Shown in pieces: positions 46,559-56,591 of a DNA stretch of 64,000 nucleotides; the stretch's first letter is position 1, and the number at the start of each line of letters is the position of its first letter. The DNA is taken from the NCBI GenBank assembly GCA_050179755.1, contig JBFXEV010000001.1:1193994-1257993 (forward strand). The letters are read 5' to 3'. The notes beneath the pieces are model-generated. The model ran no database searches, was not told where the DNA came from, and saw only the letters and a program-made list of their open reading frames with translations. Origin of the DNA: Candidatus Babeliales bacterium (GTDB lineage: Bacteria; Babelota; Babeliae; Babelales; JBFXEV01). The translations under genes were made by a program, and so were the position numbers.

Positions 46559-46930
46559 ATGATTACATTTAATTTAGGATTTCTCACGCTATTTGTTAAA
46601 AATCCTTCTGTTAGTGCTGCCTTTTATAGTAAATTCTTTAATGTACAACCAATTAAACAAGATCCCCTTGGGGTCATGTTTAAATTAGACAATGGTACTA
46701 TTTTATGCCTAATATCGCGTTATACTGCTCAGCCAATGGTACACAATGAGCCAGGCGCTGCAGAAATTTGTTTTGCAGTGGAAAATGTTGATGCTCTCTT
46801 TGACGAATGGGGCAAACAAGGAGTCACTATCGTACAAAAAGTGACAGATATGGATTTTGCAAGAACATTTACCGCGCAAGATCCTGATGGCCATAGAATT
46901 AAACTGTATCAATTATATGCAAAGAAGTAA
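46559..46930 (+). CDS. VOC/glyoxalase-family protein
   Basis: SAAFY...EICFAV..VD...DFARTFTAQDPDGHRI. Confidence 0.88.
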   Translation: MITFNLGFLTLFVKNPSVSAAFYSKFFNVQPIKQDPLGVMFKLDNGTILCLISRYTAQPMVHNEPGAAEICFAVENVDALFDEWGKQGVTIVQKVTDMDFARTFTAQDPDGHRIKLYQLYAKK

Positions 46931-46932
46931 TT

Positions 46933-47388
46933 ATGATTAAGTTCCTCTTTTTAAAGAAATTGTGGCTTTTTGTTTTTCATTTATTGCAATTACTTGCAAT
47001 GGGTTTAGATTTTATCTTTTTTCAAGGTTATTGGAGCAAGCGTAAAAAAGAAAATGTCGTTAAGCAATATCAAGCAACGTTAAATCAAGCATGCGTAACT
47101 AAACAACTTGATACAGAAAAATTACCATTTGCAGATACTATCAGCATTATTGAGCCACATACACGGGTTGATGGTAAGCAAGCTGTTATTTCTAAACTTA
47201 AGCAGTTTCTAATGAATGTGCATCGTTTTGAAATTAAAAAGCAATTTTTTAATGAAACTGATGCTTGCACCGTGGTTGAGTGTATAATGTCAATGCCAAA
47301 AGGTTCAGTTCCTATGGTTGAGTGGCTAGAAATAAAAAATGGTAAAATCCAAACCATTCATTGGTATTATGATACGGCCAATTTATAA
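46933..47388 (+). CDS. SnoaL/NTF2-like protein with N-terminal TM
   Basis: FADTI.IIEP...GKQAV; VEWLEIKNGKIQTIHWYYD. Confidence 0.7.
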   Translation: MIKFLFLKKLWLFVFHLLQLLAMGLDFIFFQGYWSKRKKENVVKQYQATLNQACVTKQLDTEKLPFADTISIIEPHTRVDGKQAVISKLKQFLMNVHRFEIKKQFFNETDACTVVECIMSMPKGSVPMVEWLEIKNGKIQTIHWYYDTANL

Positions 47389-47500
47389 ACAATAACTCTT
47401 GACCGCAGCATATGCTATTGAGTAGAGTGATTTTTGAACAATTGTAGTATAAAAATAGTAGGAGAAAGCATGGCAAAATTTATAATTTTAAAATTAGCTG

Positions 47501-48787
47501 TTAAAAACTATTCAAAGTTGTAACATGTGACAATGCAAATGTCAAACGATTTCCCAAAATAGTTTGCACCGTTTTGCCAAATTTAAATGATCGATACGGG
47601 CTAAAACAATCATCATGGTCAGATCTTCCATCAATAAGCGCATCTGCTGCATAACGCCCTAGTGCTGCAGCCCATGGCAGCCCTGCACACGCGCCTACAT
47701 AATACAACGAGTCATCATGAGCATCACGCCCTGCAAGCGGCAAAATATCTTTGCTCACGCCAATAAGGCCGGGCCACATATAATCAAATTGCGTTTTAAC
47801 GCCTGGAAATCGCTTTTTAAAATAATCTGCCAAGCGATTATAGCCGCCCACATTATCATGTTGAGCGTAGCCTGCATACGTGCCAAGCAATGTAGAGCCG
47901 CCAAGCATCAGTCTATTATCGCCAGTCATGCGCCAATAGGTATAAATAAGCGCAGTATCCCAGGCCATCATAGGAGCTTGTGTAAATATATTTTTAACTT
48001 CAGTATCAGTGAGCGGCGCTGAAATCATTAAGAATGTTTGTAATGGAAAAATGTCATAAGTAAGTTTATCAAGCTCAGGCATAAAGCGATCGGTGCAGAG
48101 CACTACATATGTTGCTTTTATCGCGCCGTAAGGCGTAATAACGCGATTTGGTTCAAGCTTGATTGCTGGCGTTTCTTCGTAAATACGTATACCTGCATCT
48201 TGTAGCACCTTTTTTTGCCCTTGCGCGTATCTAAATCCATCAATACCAAATGATTTGCCATAGTGCACGGCGCCATAAAAACCTTGTGCGTTAGTGACAC
48301 GGGTTAATTGATCTTGCTCATAGAGAGTACTATCATATCCGCATGAAAGCCGTGCCTCATGCTCTGCTTTGACCATGGTCTCAAAATCTTTTGATGAACT
48401 TGCAAGTACTAACGTGTCTTCAATGCGATAATCACAATCAATGTTATGGGTCTCTATGTTATTTTTTATGGTATCCACGCCTGTTTGCACAAACTCCCAC
48501 ATGCTTTTTGCTTTTTCTTTACCAAATCTTTCAATAAGCGCATGAAGTGGTATTTCTGAATCGGGCGTTATAAAACCTGAGCTTTTGCCAGTGGCTCCTG
48601 CTCCACAAAAGCTTTTTTCAATTAAAATAACAGAGCAGCCTTTTTCTTTAAATTTTTGTGCCGCGCAAATACCAGCCATTCCGCCACCAACAATAACCAC
48701 ATCGCACTGTGTATCATTTTTTAATTGGTCTATCTCCATAGGTGGTAGATATCTATACACTTGATCAGTAGGAAAACGAGGTGTCAT
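47501..48787 (-). CDS. FAD-dependent oxidoreductase (DAO/PuuB-like)
   Basis: DVVIVGGGMAG..A, CGAGATGKSSG, YMWPGLIG. Confidence 0.88.
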   Translation of the reverse strand: MTPRFPTDQVYRYLPPMEIDQLKNDTQCDVVIVGGGMAGICAAQKFKEKGCSVILIEKSFCGAGATGKSSGFITPDSEIPLHALIERFGKEKAKSMWEFVQTGVDTIKNNIETHNIDCDYRIEDTLVLASSSKDFETMVKAEHEARLSCGYDSTLYEQDQLTRVTNAQGFYGAVHYGKSFGIDGFRYAQGQKKVLQDAGIRIYEETPAIKLEPNRVITPYGAIKATYVVLCTDRFMPELDKLTYDIFPLQTFLMISAPLTDTEVKNIFTQAPMMAWDTALIYTYWRMTGDNRLMLGGSTLLGTYAGYAQHDNVGGYNRLADYFKKRFPGVKTQFDYMWPGLIGVSKDILPLAGRDAHDDSLYYVGACAGLPWAAALGRYAADALIDGRSDHDDCFSPYRSFKFGKTVQTILGNRLTFALSHVTTLNSF

Positions 48788-48805
48788 GAAGTATGTCCTT
48801 TTTTT

Positions 48806-49954
48806 TTAAATCGTAAGTTTTGGCATATCTACGCATAATTCCTTATCAGGATGTATCCATACAACAGGAAGCACGTTTTTATCTGCAGTATGTTCTTGCA
48901 ACGTACCACCATACCAACAAGTTGTTTGACCAAAATATATGCCCATGACAGATTGTGGTACATGTGTTACTTGCGTTGTGAACTTTGTTATGAGATTGTG
49001 CATAAATAGTTGTGTGGCAATGGTGCCTCTTATGCAATCAAAGTAATAAATAGTATCACCATGAACTTTTGGTAGAAAAGGCAGTATTGATTCATGTAAA
49101 CGCTCATGCGGATCAAGTAAATAGGCCATTGGCAGTGAAAATGAAAATAAATAAGAGCTTTGCCATGTATCCGTAAGTTTTGTCAAAGCATGATATTCAA
49201 AAATAATAGATAGGTCATGCCGATCAATGCGTGTAGGATGCAGTACATAGAAGCCATGTAATTCATCGCGCATGGTAAGAAATGCAATCGCTTGCTCAGT
49301 GTAAGTGAGTAGTGTTTCAGTGTCATGCGTGGGGCATGTGGTTCGTGCCGTATCTCTATTGAATATGTCTTGAGCGGTAATTTTTTTTGTAGCAGTCAGT
49401 GTAGTTAGATCAACAGTTGTTTGTTTGATAGAGTAGTTGTTACCATGCATGTGTATATAAAATAATTGATTAGTAAGTAAATTTGGATATCTATAATCAG
49501 ATGGCCCATCCACCAATACGTTATAGCACTCCCCTTCCCTATTGATAATATAAATGCCGTAATGTTCTTTTTCTTTTGCGCTTACTATGCAATGCTGCAT
49601 ATCAAACCAGCTCAGAGTAGTAAAATCATAGAGTGGTTCATACAATGGAATAAGTGCGGGTGAACGTTTATGAGAGTAGGCGATTCGTATTGTATCATTA
49701 TCAATAAAACTGAAGCCACTGCCATCAGGCAATAAGGTAATTCCTGCTGGTGTATAACTGGAGAGTAATGCTTTGCGTGCTTCTTGAGTAAGCACGTCCC
49801 ACTCCCATAATTCCACATGATGTACTGACTTTTGATAGATAAGAAGTAATTTTAGTCCTTCTTTTGCTATATGCCCTACGGGATACAAATATTCTGTTGC
49901 ATTCATATGCATAGTACACATGATTAATAAAAAAATGTACCAATGGTATATCAT
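48806..49954 (-). CDS. Secreted hypothetical protein (possible TolB-like propeller)
   Basis: Signal peptide; LLPDGSGFSFI; beta-rich. Confidence 0.65.
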   Translation of the reverse strand: MIYHWYIFLLIMCTMHMNATEYLYPVGHIAKEGLKLLLIYQKSVHHVELWEWDVLTQEARKALLSSYTPAGITLLPDGSGFSFIDNDTIRIAYSHKRSPALIPLYEPLYDFTTLSWFDMQHCIVSAKEKEHYGIYIINREGECYNVLVDGPSDYRYPNLLTNQLFYIHMHGNNYSIKQTTVDLTTLTATKKITAQDIFNRDTARTTCPTHDTETLLTYTEQAIAFLTMRDELHGFYVLHPTRIDRHDLSIIFEYHALTKLTDTWQSSYLFSFSLPMAYLLDPHERLHESILPFLPKVHGDTIYYFDCIRGTIATQLFMHNLITKFTTQVTHVPQSVMGIYFGQTTCWYGGTLQEHTADKNVLPVVWIHPDKELCVDMPKLTI

Positions 49955-50046
49955 AGCGACCTTTTTTTCAATTATTGTGTCTCCATAAAAAATAGTATAG
50001 CATGCAAATGAAGCACGTATAGTTTGTGATTTGTTAGAAAAGTGGT

Positions 50047-51207
50047 TTATCGTTGAGTAAGATCGTTAATTACTTCATAGCACAAAAGGTGTTTCCCTGT
50101 GTGATTAAGTGCATCAATACAATTTTTTACAAACGTTTGGCAAGGTTCAGGTAACGGAGCCATAAGTTCACGTGCGCGGCGTAAGCGATATGCTGCAATA
50201 AGAGGCGCTACTGTTTGAATATAATCTGCGTATTCGCTCGATGCTGCTGTGCAGCTTGCAAGCTTTGCTTTTCCTAAGTTTTTAAACCAAGTAAATGGGC
50301 AAATTTCAACTAATTGCTCAAGAGCAAGATGGCTATCTTGCACAAAAGGGAAAATTAATCTAAATAGCTTTTCTGAATAGATATCTTCTGGCATATAAGA
50401 AAGAATTTTATGTCGTATACTACGAGGAAGCGTTGGGCAGCATCTATACATGGATAATAATGCAGGAACAATGCATCTTTTACTCACTTCTTTATTAATG
50501 TTGATAAATATAATGGGTAACGAAAATGAAAGTGGTTGAGCATCTTCATCTAGAGGTAATGGCCCTGGCCGCTCATTCCACTGCGCATGCGCAATAAAAT
50601 CAATAATAAGATTATTAATTACCGGTGTTGGTACAGCGGCTTCACGGCTAAAAAACCGCGTAAGATAATACAGCGGTGTGCGTCCGTGTAAAGTGCTTGG
50701 TATATTCTCATGCGCACCATGTGCCAGTAATAACAACATTGCATGAACATGATTTTGATATACGGCAAGGCTGAGTGGCGTCCAGCCATTTTCGTTTTCT
50801 GTATGCACCGGTGCTCCTGCTTCTAAAAGGAGTTTCATAAAAAAAGTATTGCCAAGGGCTGTTGCTGCAATTAATCCATTGCCATAATGGTCATTAGGCG
50901 TAGTGCGCAGAGCACAAAGCCAATAAATAAAATCGGTGGTATCATTTTTGCGAATTGCTTGTTCTAAACTAATTTCTTTTGGGTAATATCTATGATCATT
51001 GAGAATTCGATAGCCAGCTTGAATATCTTTTCTCTCAATTGCCTCATCAAACGCTTTTTGAGCATCAGAGGGAAAACGCTTTTTTTTCTTGGGCAATTTG
51101 CTATCAAGAGCTTGAACAAGTGTGCGTTTTTTTTGATTATCATTATCCATTGGCCAAGCAATGCTTGTGAAGCTGAGCAAGCATAGTAACACCTTGTGTT
51201 TCATCAT
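50047..51207 (-). CDS. Secreted ankyrin protein with F-box-like motif and NLS-like segment
   Basis: AWP-MD; PKKKKR; GWTPLSLAV; LPRSIRHKILSYM. Confidence 0.85.
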   Translation of the reverse strand: MMKHKVLLCLLSFTSIAWPMDNDNQKKRTLVQALDSKLPKKKKRFPSDAQKAFDEAIERKDIQAGYRILNDHRYYPKEISLEQAIRKNDTTDFIYWLCALRTTPNDHYGNGLIAATALGNTFFMKLLLEAGAPVHTENENGWTPLSLAVYQNHVHAMLLLLAHGAHENIPSTLHGRTPLYYLTRFFSREAAVPTPVINNLIIDFIAHAQWNERPGPLPLDEDAQPLSFSLPIIFININKEVSKRCIVPALLSMYRCCPTLPRSIRHKILSYMPEDIYSEKLFRLIFPFVQDSHLALEQLVEICPFTWFKNLGKAKLASCTAASSEYADYIQTVAPLIAAYRLRRARELMAPLPEPCQTFVKNCIDALNHTGKHLLCYEVINDLTQR

Positions 51208-51269
51208 TACCTTTCAAGCTTACCGCTAGTTTAGCAAATAAAAGGCTATGATGACAAAGGTTACGAATG

Positions 51270-52493
51270 TTAATGCCAATTAAGAGGATTGAGCACTTCT
51301 TTTAATGTTGCGTCTTGAATTATATCACAGGCTTGTTGTTGATCTTTATTTACAATGCCTAATATTTTACGCAAATTTAGTGTTTCATCAGAGGTATGAC
51401 AACTATGCTTTTTAAGATCTAGTAAGCAGGCATCAAGATACTGCCTTCTCATTGACGAAACACTAGCATAATGTGGCATCAGGAGCTTAGCAAGATTTTC
51501 GCTGCCGGTTTGCACGCATTCTATTGGCATGTGGGAAAATATACGCAAAATTATTTCACGTGGTAATGCAGGTAAATCATTTTCAGAATTATTCCCGTGT
51601 CTTTGATTTATAAGGAGTACTGTTTTCAGCTGCGCACGAGCCGCTAGTCTAAAATCCTTAGTATATTTTGTGTTTACCATGAGAGCAGCTAGTATTCTTT
51701 TATTATTCAATCGCGCAGCGGCATGATATACCGTATTGCCATCACTATCCTGATGACTCATATAATTGCCATGTGCACGTACAATTTCAATAATCTCAAG
51801 TGCACGATCTTCCGTTTCTTGCGCATCATATTCTGGTGCATAGTCTGGCTTTCTTTGTAAGCGCTCACAAAGAATGTGCAGTGCGTGACCTTGATATATA
51901 TGATGCAAAGGTACATTATTGTGCCATGTCATAGGGGGTGGTGTCACTGCTGCCCCTGCCTGAAGTAATGTGCGCACTAATTGCGGATTCAAGCATTGCA
52001 CTGGCGTGGCAATAGGCCTGTGCCCTAACAAATCATCAACAGCATTGATGTGTGCCCCCATTGCAATCAAACGTCTTACTACTGGCACCTGGCCCCGGGC
52101 AAGAGCACCAATAAGTGGAATCCATCCATTTTGATCGCGTGGGTTTATATAAGCATCATGAGCTAATAATAAGTTGACTATGCCAAGATGACCTGCACTT
52201 GCTGCGTAATGCAAACATGTGCTTTTATCACATCCCTCTTCATCAAGCGGATCTTCGTAATACAATAACACATTAGAACTTACGCCAGCGTTTAAAAGTT
52301 GAGCCGCTTCAGCCTCGTTGCCATTTTTGCATGTAAGCCATAGTTGTTTTACTTGTTCTTGTTCTTGCGGCGTGCGTCTGGCGCCTTCACGAGGAGCAAT
52401 CAAGTGATGCATCCCTAAAGCCGTTACCGAAACAAAGCTTGCAAGAAACGCCAAAAAGGCAAAGGAAAATAATTTTACAGGGGAAAAGGTCAT
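51270..52493 (-). CDS. Secreted ankyrin protein with C-terminal F-box-like motif
   Basis: TCLHYAASAGHLGIVNLLL, GNTVYHAAA; LPALPREIILRIFSHM. Confidence 0.88.
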   Translation of the reverse strand: MTFSPVKLFSFAFLAFLASFVSVTALGMHHLIAPREGARRTPQEQEQVKQLWLTCKNGNEAEAAQLLNAGVSSNVLLYYEDPLDEEGCDKSTCLHYAASAGHLGIVNLLLAHDAYINPRDQNGWIPLIGALARGQVPVVRRLIAMGAHINAVDDLLGHRPIATPVQCLNPQLVRTLLQAGAAVTPPPMTWHNNVPLHHIYQGHALHILCERLQRKPDYAPEYDAQETEDRALEIIEIVRAHGNYMSHQDSDGNTVYHAAARLNNKRILAALMVNTKYTKDFRLAARAQLKTVLLINQRHGNNSENDLPALPREIILRIFSHMPIECVQTGSENLAKLLMPHYASVSSMRRQYLDACLLDLKKHSCHTSDETLNLRKILGIVNKDQQQACDIIQDATLKEVLNPLNWH

Positions 52494-52539
52494 GAATCTC
52501 TCCTTGGGTAAAAGGGCAAACTCTTTTATAATCTTTATT

Positions 52540-52567
52540 AGTATATATTAAAATTACTATTTGTCAA
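52540..52567 (-). promoter_or_regulatory. Sigma70-type promoter of 51270..52493
   Basis: Minus strand TTGACA-N16-TATACT. Confidence 0.6.
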
Positions 52568-52621
52568 TCAGTCGCTTGATTGGCTACCCTGGCGTGAGGT
52601 GATTTAACCTGTAAATTGGGC

Positions 52622-52661
52622 TAAAAAAAACCATCGCATTGAAACAAGTTCAATGCGATGG
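52622..52661 (-). terminator. Strong Rho-independent terminator
   Basis: CCATCGCATTGAA-ACAAG-TTCAATGCGATGG, preceded on + by an A-run (U-tail on -). Confidence 0.85.
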
Positions 52662-52740
52662 AAAAAAGGAGAGTAGTAATGAAGCCTTAATTAAAGTGCC
52701 TAGGTATGGTATTATTAAAATACTCTACCTGAGCTGTTCA
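52622..52740 (-). ncRNA. Candidate small RNA with anti-RBS seed
   Basis: Own promoter-like TTGACA-N16-CATACT (52774-52747), 5' hairpin, CUUCAUUACUACUCUCCUUUUUU, terminator. Confidence 0.4.
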
Positions 52741-52898
52741 GTATTAAGTATGCCTTAAATTCAGTGAATGTCAATAATTTAAATTATTTTTACCTGAATC
52801 TTTGCACATATTTCAACGAACAATTACAAATGTATACCCTATTTACCCTTCTGTCAACAAATATATTAAAAAAGGCATAATTTATTTTAAACTTCATT

Positions 52899-53981
52899 TC
52901 AATCAGTAAGGCAGGCTATTTGGGCGCCTAGTTCTTTAAGGGTATCAGGAAGATCTCCTGTGCTTGTGGGGCTTGTTAAAATAAGTTGGCATTTAAGGCT
53001 AGTAAGGAGTGCAAGCAGCATTTTTATGCGCTCTGTGTCAAAATCAGCCATAAAGTCATCCACTAATAACGTGCACGGCCCTTTCTTTGCAACAAGCTCT
53101 TGCAGCTGCGCTACTTTAAGTAAAAATACAATTAATTTTTGTTGGCCACGTGAAGCAAATGCTTTGGAGCCTTTATCTTGAAAGTGAATGGCTATGTCAT
53201 CCAAATGCGCGCCAAATAAAGATCTGCCAAAGGCGCGTTCTTGCTCATACAATTGTGGGCGTGAAGCAAGAAATTGTGGCCATGACGTTGCGTTACCTAT
53301 CAGGCGTGGGCGATAGGTAAAAGTAATGCGTAAAGCGTTTGGCAAAAATGCTGCAAGCAACGCATTGGTGCGTTCTTGCAGTGCGTGTAATTGTTCTTGC
53401 CTTTTTGCTTGTACCACGCATGACTGATTCCAAAGTTGCTGCGTCCATGTGTGATAAAGCTCGTCATTACTAGTTCCGTTATATAAAAGAGCATTCCTAT
53501 TTGCATGAATATGTTTATACGTGCGTAGTGCTGCGCTATAATCAGGATCTGCTAAGGCAATTGCTTGATCAATAAACGTACGCCTTAGTTCTGGTCCTTC
53601 TTGAATCAATGCAAGATCGTCACTTGTGAGCGTGATAATGCGATAATGATCAGTTAGTTCTTTATATGTTTGGATAGGCCGTTGGTTAATTTTCACCAAA
53701 CGTTTTTTACTACTTTGAGAGAACCCTACTTGGAGTTCATGCCGTTCAAGGTGATCTTTAAATTGAATATTAATAAAAAAGGTGTCTTGACCATGCCTAA
53801 TAAGCTCACGTGGCAAATGAGTGCGGAATGAACGTAAATAACATCCATAGTGAACTGCTTCAAGTAGCGATGTTTTGCCCGAGCCATTGCTGCCACAAAG
53901 TAATACAAGTGGTGCTTCAAGTTGTAACGAATACTCTTTGAAGCACCGAAGATTTTTAATAAGAAGTTGTGTTATATGCAA
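52899..53981 (-). CDS. recF: DNA replication/repair protein RecF
   Basis: GSNGSGKTSLLEAV, GPELRRTFID, ASRGQQK, LLVDD. Confidence 0.93.
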   Translation of the reverse strand: MHITQLLIKNLRCFKEYSLQLEAPLVLLCGSNGSGKTSLLEAVHYGCYLRSFRTHLPRELIRHGQDTFFINIQFKDHLERHELQVGFSQSSKKRLVKINQRPIQTYKELTDHYRIITLTSDDLALIQEGPELRRTFIDQAIALADPDYSAALRTYKHIHANRNALLYNGTSNDELYHTWTQQLWNQSCVVQAKRQEQLHALQERTNALLAAFLPNALRITFTYRPRLIGNATSWPQFLASRPQLYEQERAFGRSLFGAHLDDIAIHFQDKGSKAFASRGQQKLIVFLLKVAQLQELVAKKGPCTLLVDDFMADFDTERIKMLLALLTSLKCQLILTSPTSTGDLPDTLKELGAQIACLTD

Positions 53982-53986
53982 ATGGG

Positions 53987-55114
53987 TTACTGCGTGTGTG
54001 CTGTTGGTGAAACCGGCATAACCAAATAGGTTACGTGGTAATGATCTTTATCCATTTCAAAGATGATTGGCCGTGACGGGTTATTTAAATAACAGGTTAC
54101 TTGATCATCAGAAAACGTTTGGAGCCCATTGAGTAAATAAGGCGAATAAAATCTAATATCTAGCTCTTGGCCATTAAACTCTATAAGTGGTACATCTTCT
54201 TCTAATTTACCTACTTCTTTGTTATGCATTGCCACGTGTACCTTATCTTTGCCAAAGCCAAAGCTTGTTGCCAAAAACTGGCCAGAGAGCAAGCAAGCAG
54301 AGCGGCGCAATGTTTTAATTAAGCGCGAACGGTCAAGTGTTGCGGGTGCAAAGCCTTCTTTATTCATAATAGATTGATATTGTGGGAACTTATCGCCAAG
54401 CAATTTAGTAAAGAAATTGAATGCTTGTCCAGAAAACACCAATTGATTACCACAAACACCCAAAAAAACTGCTTCTTGCTTTTCTGTTTCGGTAAGTTTT
54501 TTCATTTCAAAAATGGCTCTGCGTGGTAGTAACCACACTCGTTCTTGGCCCAACGTGCATGCAGTTGTTGTTACTTGCGCAAGGCAATGGCCGTCAGTAG
54601 ACGTCATTTTTAATTCTTGTTGATTAATTTCAATAAGTAATCCATTAAGAGCAGGGTTTGCATTATTTTGAGGAATGAGGAATGAAACTTTATCAAGCAT
54701 GCCAAGAAGCAGTTGCGTATCAAGCTGCATAAGATTTTCAATACGCTCAGGAAACGGTGGAAATTCTTCGGCAGATTTAATATTAAGTGACACGTTTACC
54801 GCATTCGCTTGAATGGTCAGTTGGCTATCGGTAAGCGTAAAAGCGATATCGCCTTCTAATTCTTTGACAATATCAAAAATGCGCTTTCCATGCACTAAAA
54901 ATGAACGAGCTTCTTCTATGTTGCTTGTAAGCAGCGGGCAATGCACTTGCAGGCTAATTTCTAAATCGGTTGCTTTAAGCACTAATTCTTTGTGCCCAAT
55001 ATGAAACAATATATTAGTAGTGGCATCAAGAGTAGTGCGCTTTGAGCAAATTGGTTGCATTGAGGCAAGCAACGAAAGCACGGCTTTTTGTTCAACAGAA
55101 AAGGTATGCGCCAT
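53987..55114 (-). CDS. dnaN: DNA polymerase III beta sliding clamp
   Basis: ATDLEI, EEFP, STDGHCLA, FPQY, YLVMPV; upstream of recF. Confidence 0.93.
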   Translation of the reverse strand: MAHTFSVEQKAVLSLLASMQPICSKRTTLDATTNILFHIGHKELVLKATDLEISLQVHCPLLTSNIEEARSFLVHGKRIFDIVKELEGDIAFTLTDSQLTIQANAVNVSLNIKSAEEFPPFPERIENLMQLDTQLLLGMLDKVSFLIPQNNANPALNGLLIEINQQELKMTSTDGHCLAQVTTTACTLGQERVWLLPRRAIFEMKKLTETEKQEAVFLGVCGNQLVFSGQAFNFFTKLLGDKFPQYQSIMNKEGFAPATLDRSRLIKTLRRSACLLSGQFLATSFGFGKDKVHVAMHNKEVGKLEEDVPLIEFNGQELDIRFYSPYLLNGLQTFSDDQVTCYLNNPSRPIIFEMDKDHYHVTYLVMPVSPTAHTQ

Positions 55115-55286
55115 GGAATTGACATCCTAATGAATTAATTACTGCGTTATATACTTATTTTAATATATTAAGTATACAAATCCTACTCAGTGTTGGCAAT
55201 TATAGTCTTCGGGAAAAAGAGTATTGCGTAGAGAACTGAATTTTTGCATACTTAAAGCAGTAAAATAATCTACGCAAGGAGATGGG

Positions 55287-55721
55287 GTGATTGCAGGAGC
55301 ATTAGTTAGTAAGTTGTTGGCGATGATATGGCTATGGAGTAATATTGCCTATCTCTATGCAATGGAAGTCACTTTTTGGCAAAAAGGTTTTGAGCGTGTA
55401 CTCACTACTGCAATCGCGGTAGGAATCACACAAAGTATTAAAGAATCTGAACTTCCCCAAGAAATTAAAGTCCCGCTATGTTGTGCAACTTTTACGGTAG
55501 GCGCCTATGGCATTGACTGGCATAAACCTGTTCCTATTACTAACACCAAATCGTTGGTGCTAGCACTTGCAGGATCCACACTTGCACTCACTGGTTCATC
55601 GCGCCTTCTTACAGAAATGAATGTAACTGCGCGCAGTAAAGCTACTATAATGACAGTGCTTTATGGCATTACTCTTTGGCGGTTTTACAAGGCAAATGCA
55701 GGAACAGATCATGACAATTAA
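55287..55721 (+). CDS. Hypothetical membrane/secreted protein
   Basis: AAGGAG RBS, GTG start; LYA-ME; hydrophobic segments. Confidence 0.6.
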   Translation: MIAGALVSKLLAMIWLWSNIAYLYAMEVTFWQKGFERVLTTAIAVGITQSIKESELPQEIKVPLCCATFTVGAYGIDWHKPVPITNTKSLVLALAGSTLALTGSSRLLTEMNVTARSKATIMTVLYGITLWRFYKANAGTDHDN

Positions 55722-56589
55722 GTTAGTGTATGTACTTTTTATTTTGCTTGCGCATCAGCCAATGGTGTTATGCATGAAACGTGAAAGAGGAAGAATAGCC
55801 CCGCAAGAACGATCTGAAAAACCGAGATTGAAACAATCCAAATCAACAAGTTATGGCAGGCAAATTGCAAAAATGCATGAAGCAAAGCAACGTAAACCTT
55901 CACTCCATGGCGCTGCATATTTGATAGGAAGCGAAATTCAGAAAATGTTGGATGCTGGTGCAGATCTTCAAGAAATATATAAAGGCGAAACGCCTTTGCA
56001 TAGGTTTATTTCTGCATCGCATCAAGATGGTATTAAAAAATTATTATTGCACGGCGCATTACTCACTGCTGTTGATGAGGATGGCGATACTGCAGTGCAT
56101 AGAGCAGCATATAATAACCATCACATTGCGCGGATCGTGCTTATAAGCCCACAAGGTAGCCCGGTGCGTATGACACAAGAATTTAAGCGAGCGCGCGAAA
56201 CAACCATAGTTTTTATGCAGGCCCTTAAAAATCGTAGCTTTCCTCGCGAGATTCGAAGAATAATTCGAAATTATATGCTACCAGATCCAAAAAAGCTCCT
56301 CGAGATGCTACCATTACACGAACTGCTCTATTATCTTAAATATTATTCTGTAGCGCAAAAAAAAGTAATGCTAGACTTTCTTGTTAAGCGCCATATTTCT
56401 GACGTATTTTTTGCATATAATGCAGAAAATTATCGTGGGCAAACTCCTTTTGCCTTGGCAAAAGATCGCTCACACCGCATGCGCCCATTTACAGCGCCAG
56501 TGCGTTTATTAAATAGTATACATTTTAATGAACTCAAGCCTTTAATTACAGCCAATTATGCCCAATTATTGGGCTTGCAGGTTGCCTAG
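55711..56589 (+). CDS. Secreted ankyrin protein with F-box-like motif
   Basis: GETPLHRFI, GDTAVHRAA; FPREIRRIIRNYM. ATG 55711 preferred over the track start 55663. Confidence 0.8.
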   Translation: MTIKLVYVLFILLAHQPMVLCMKRERGRIAPQERSEKPRLKQSKSTSYGRQIAKMHEAKQRKPSLHGAAYLIGSEIQKMLDAGADLQEIYKGETPLHRFISASHQDGIKKLLLHGALLTAVDEDGDTAVHRAAYNNHHIARIVLISPQGSPVRMTQEFKRARETTIVFMQALKNRSFPREIRRIIRNYMLPDPKKLLEMLPLHELLYYLKYYSVAQKKVMLDFLVKRHISDVFFAYNAENYRGQTPFALAKDRSHRMRPFTAPVRLLNSIHFNELKPLITANYAQLLGLQVA

Positions 56590-56591
56590 CA

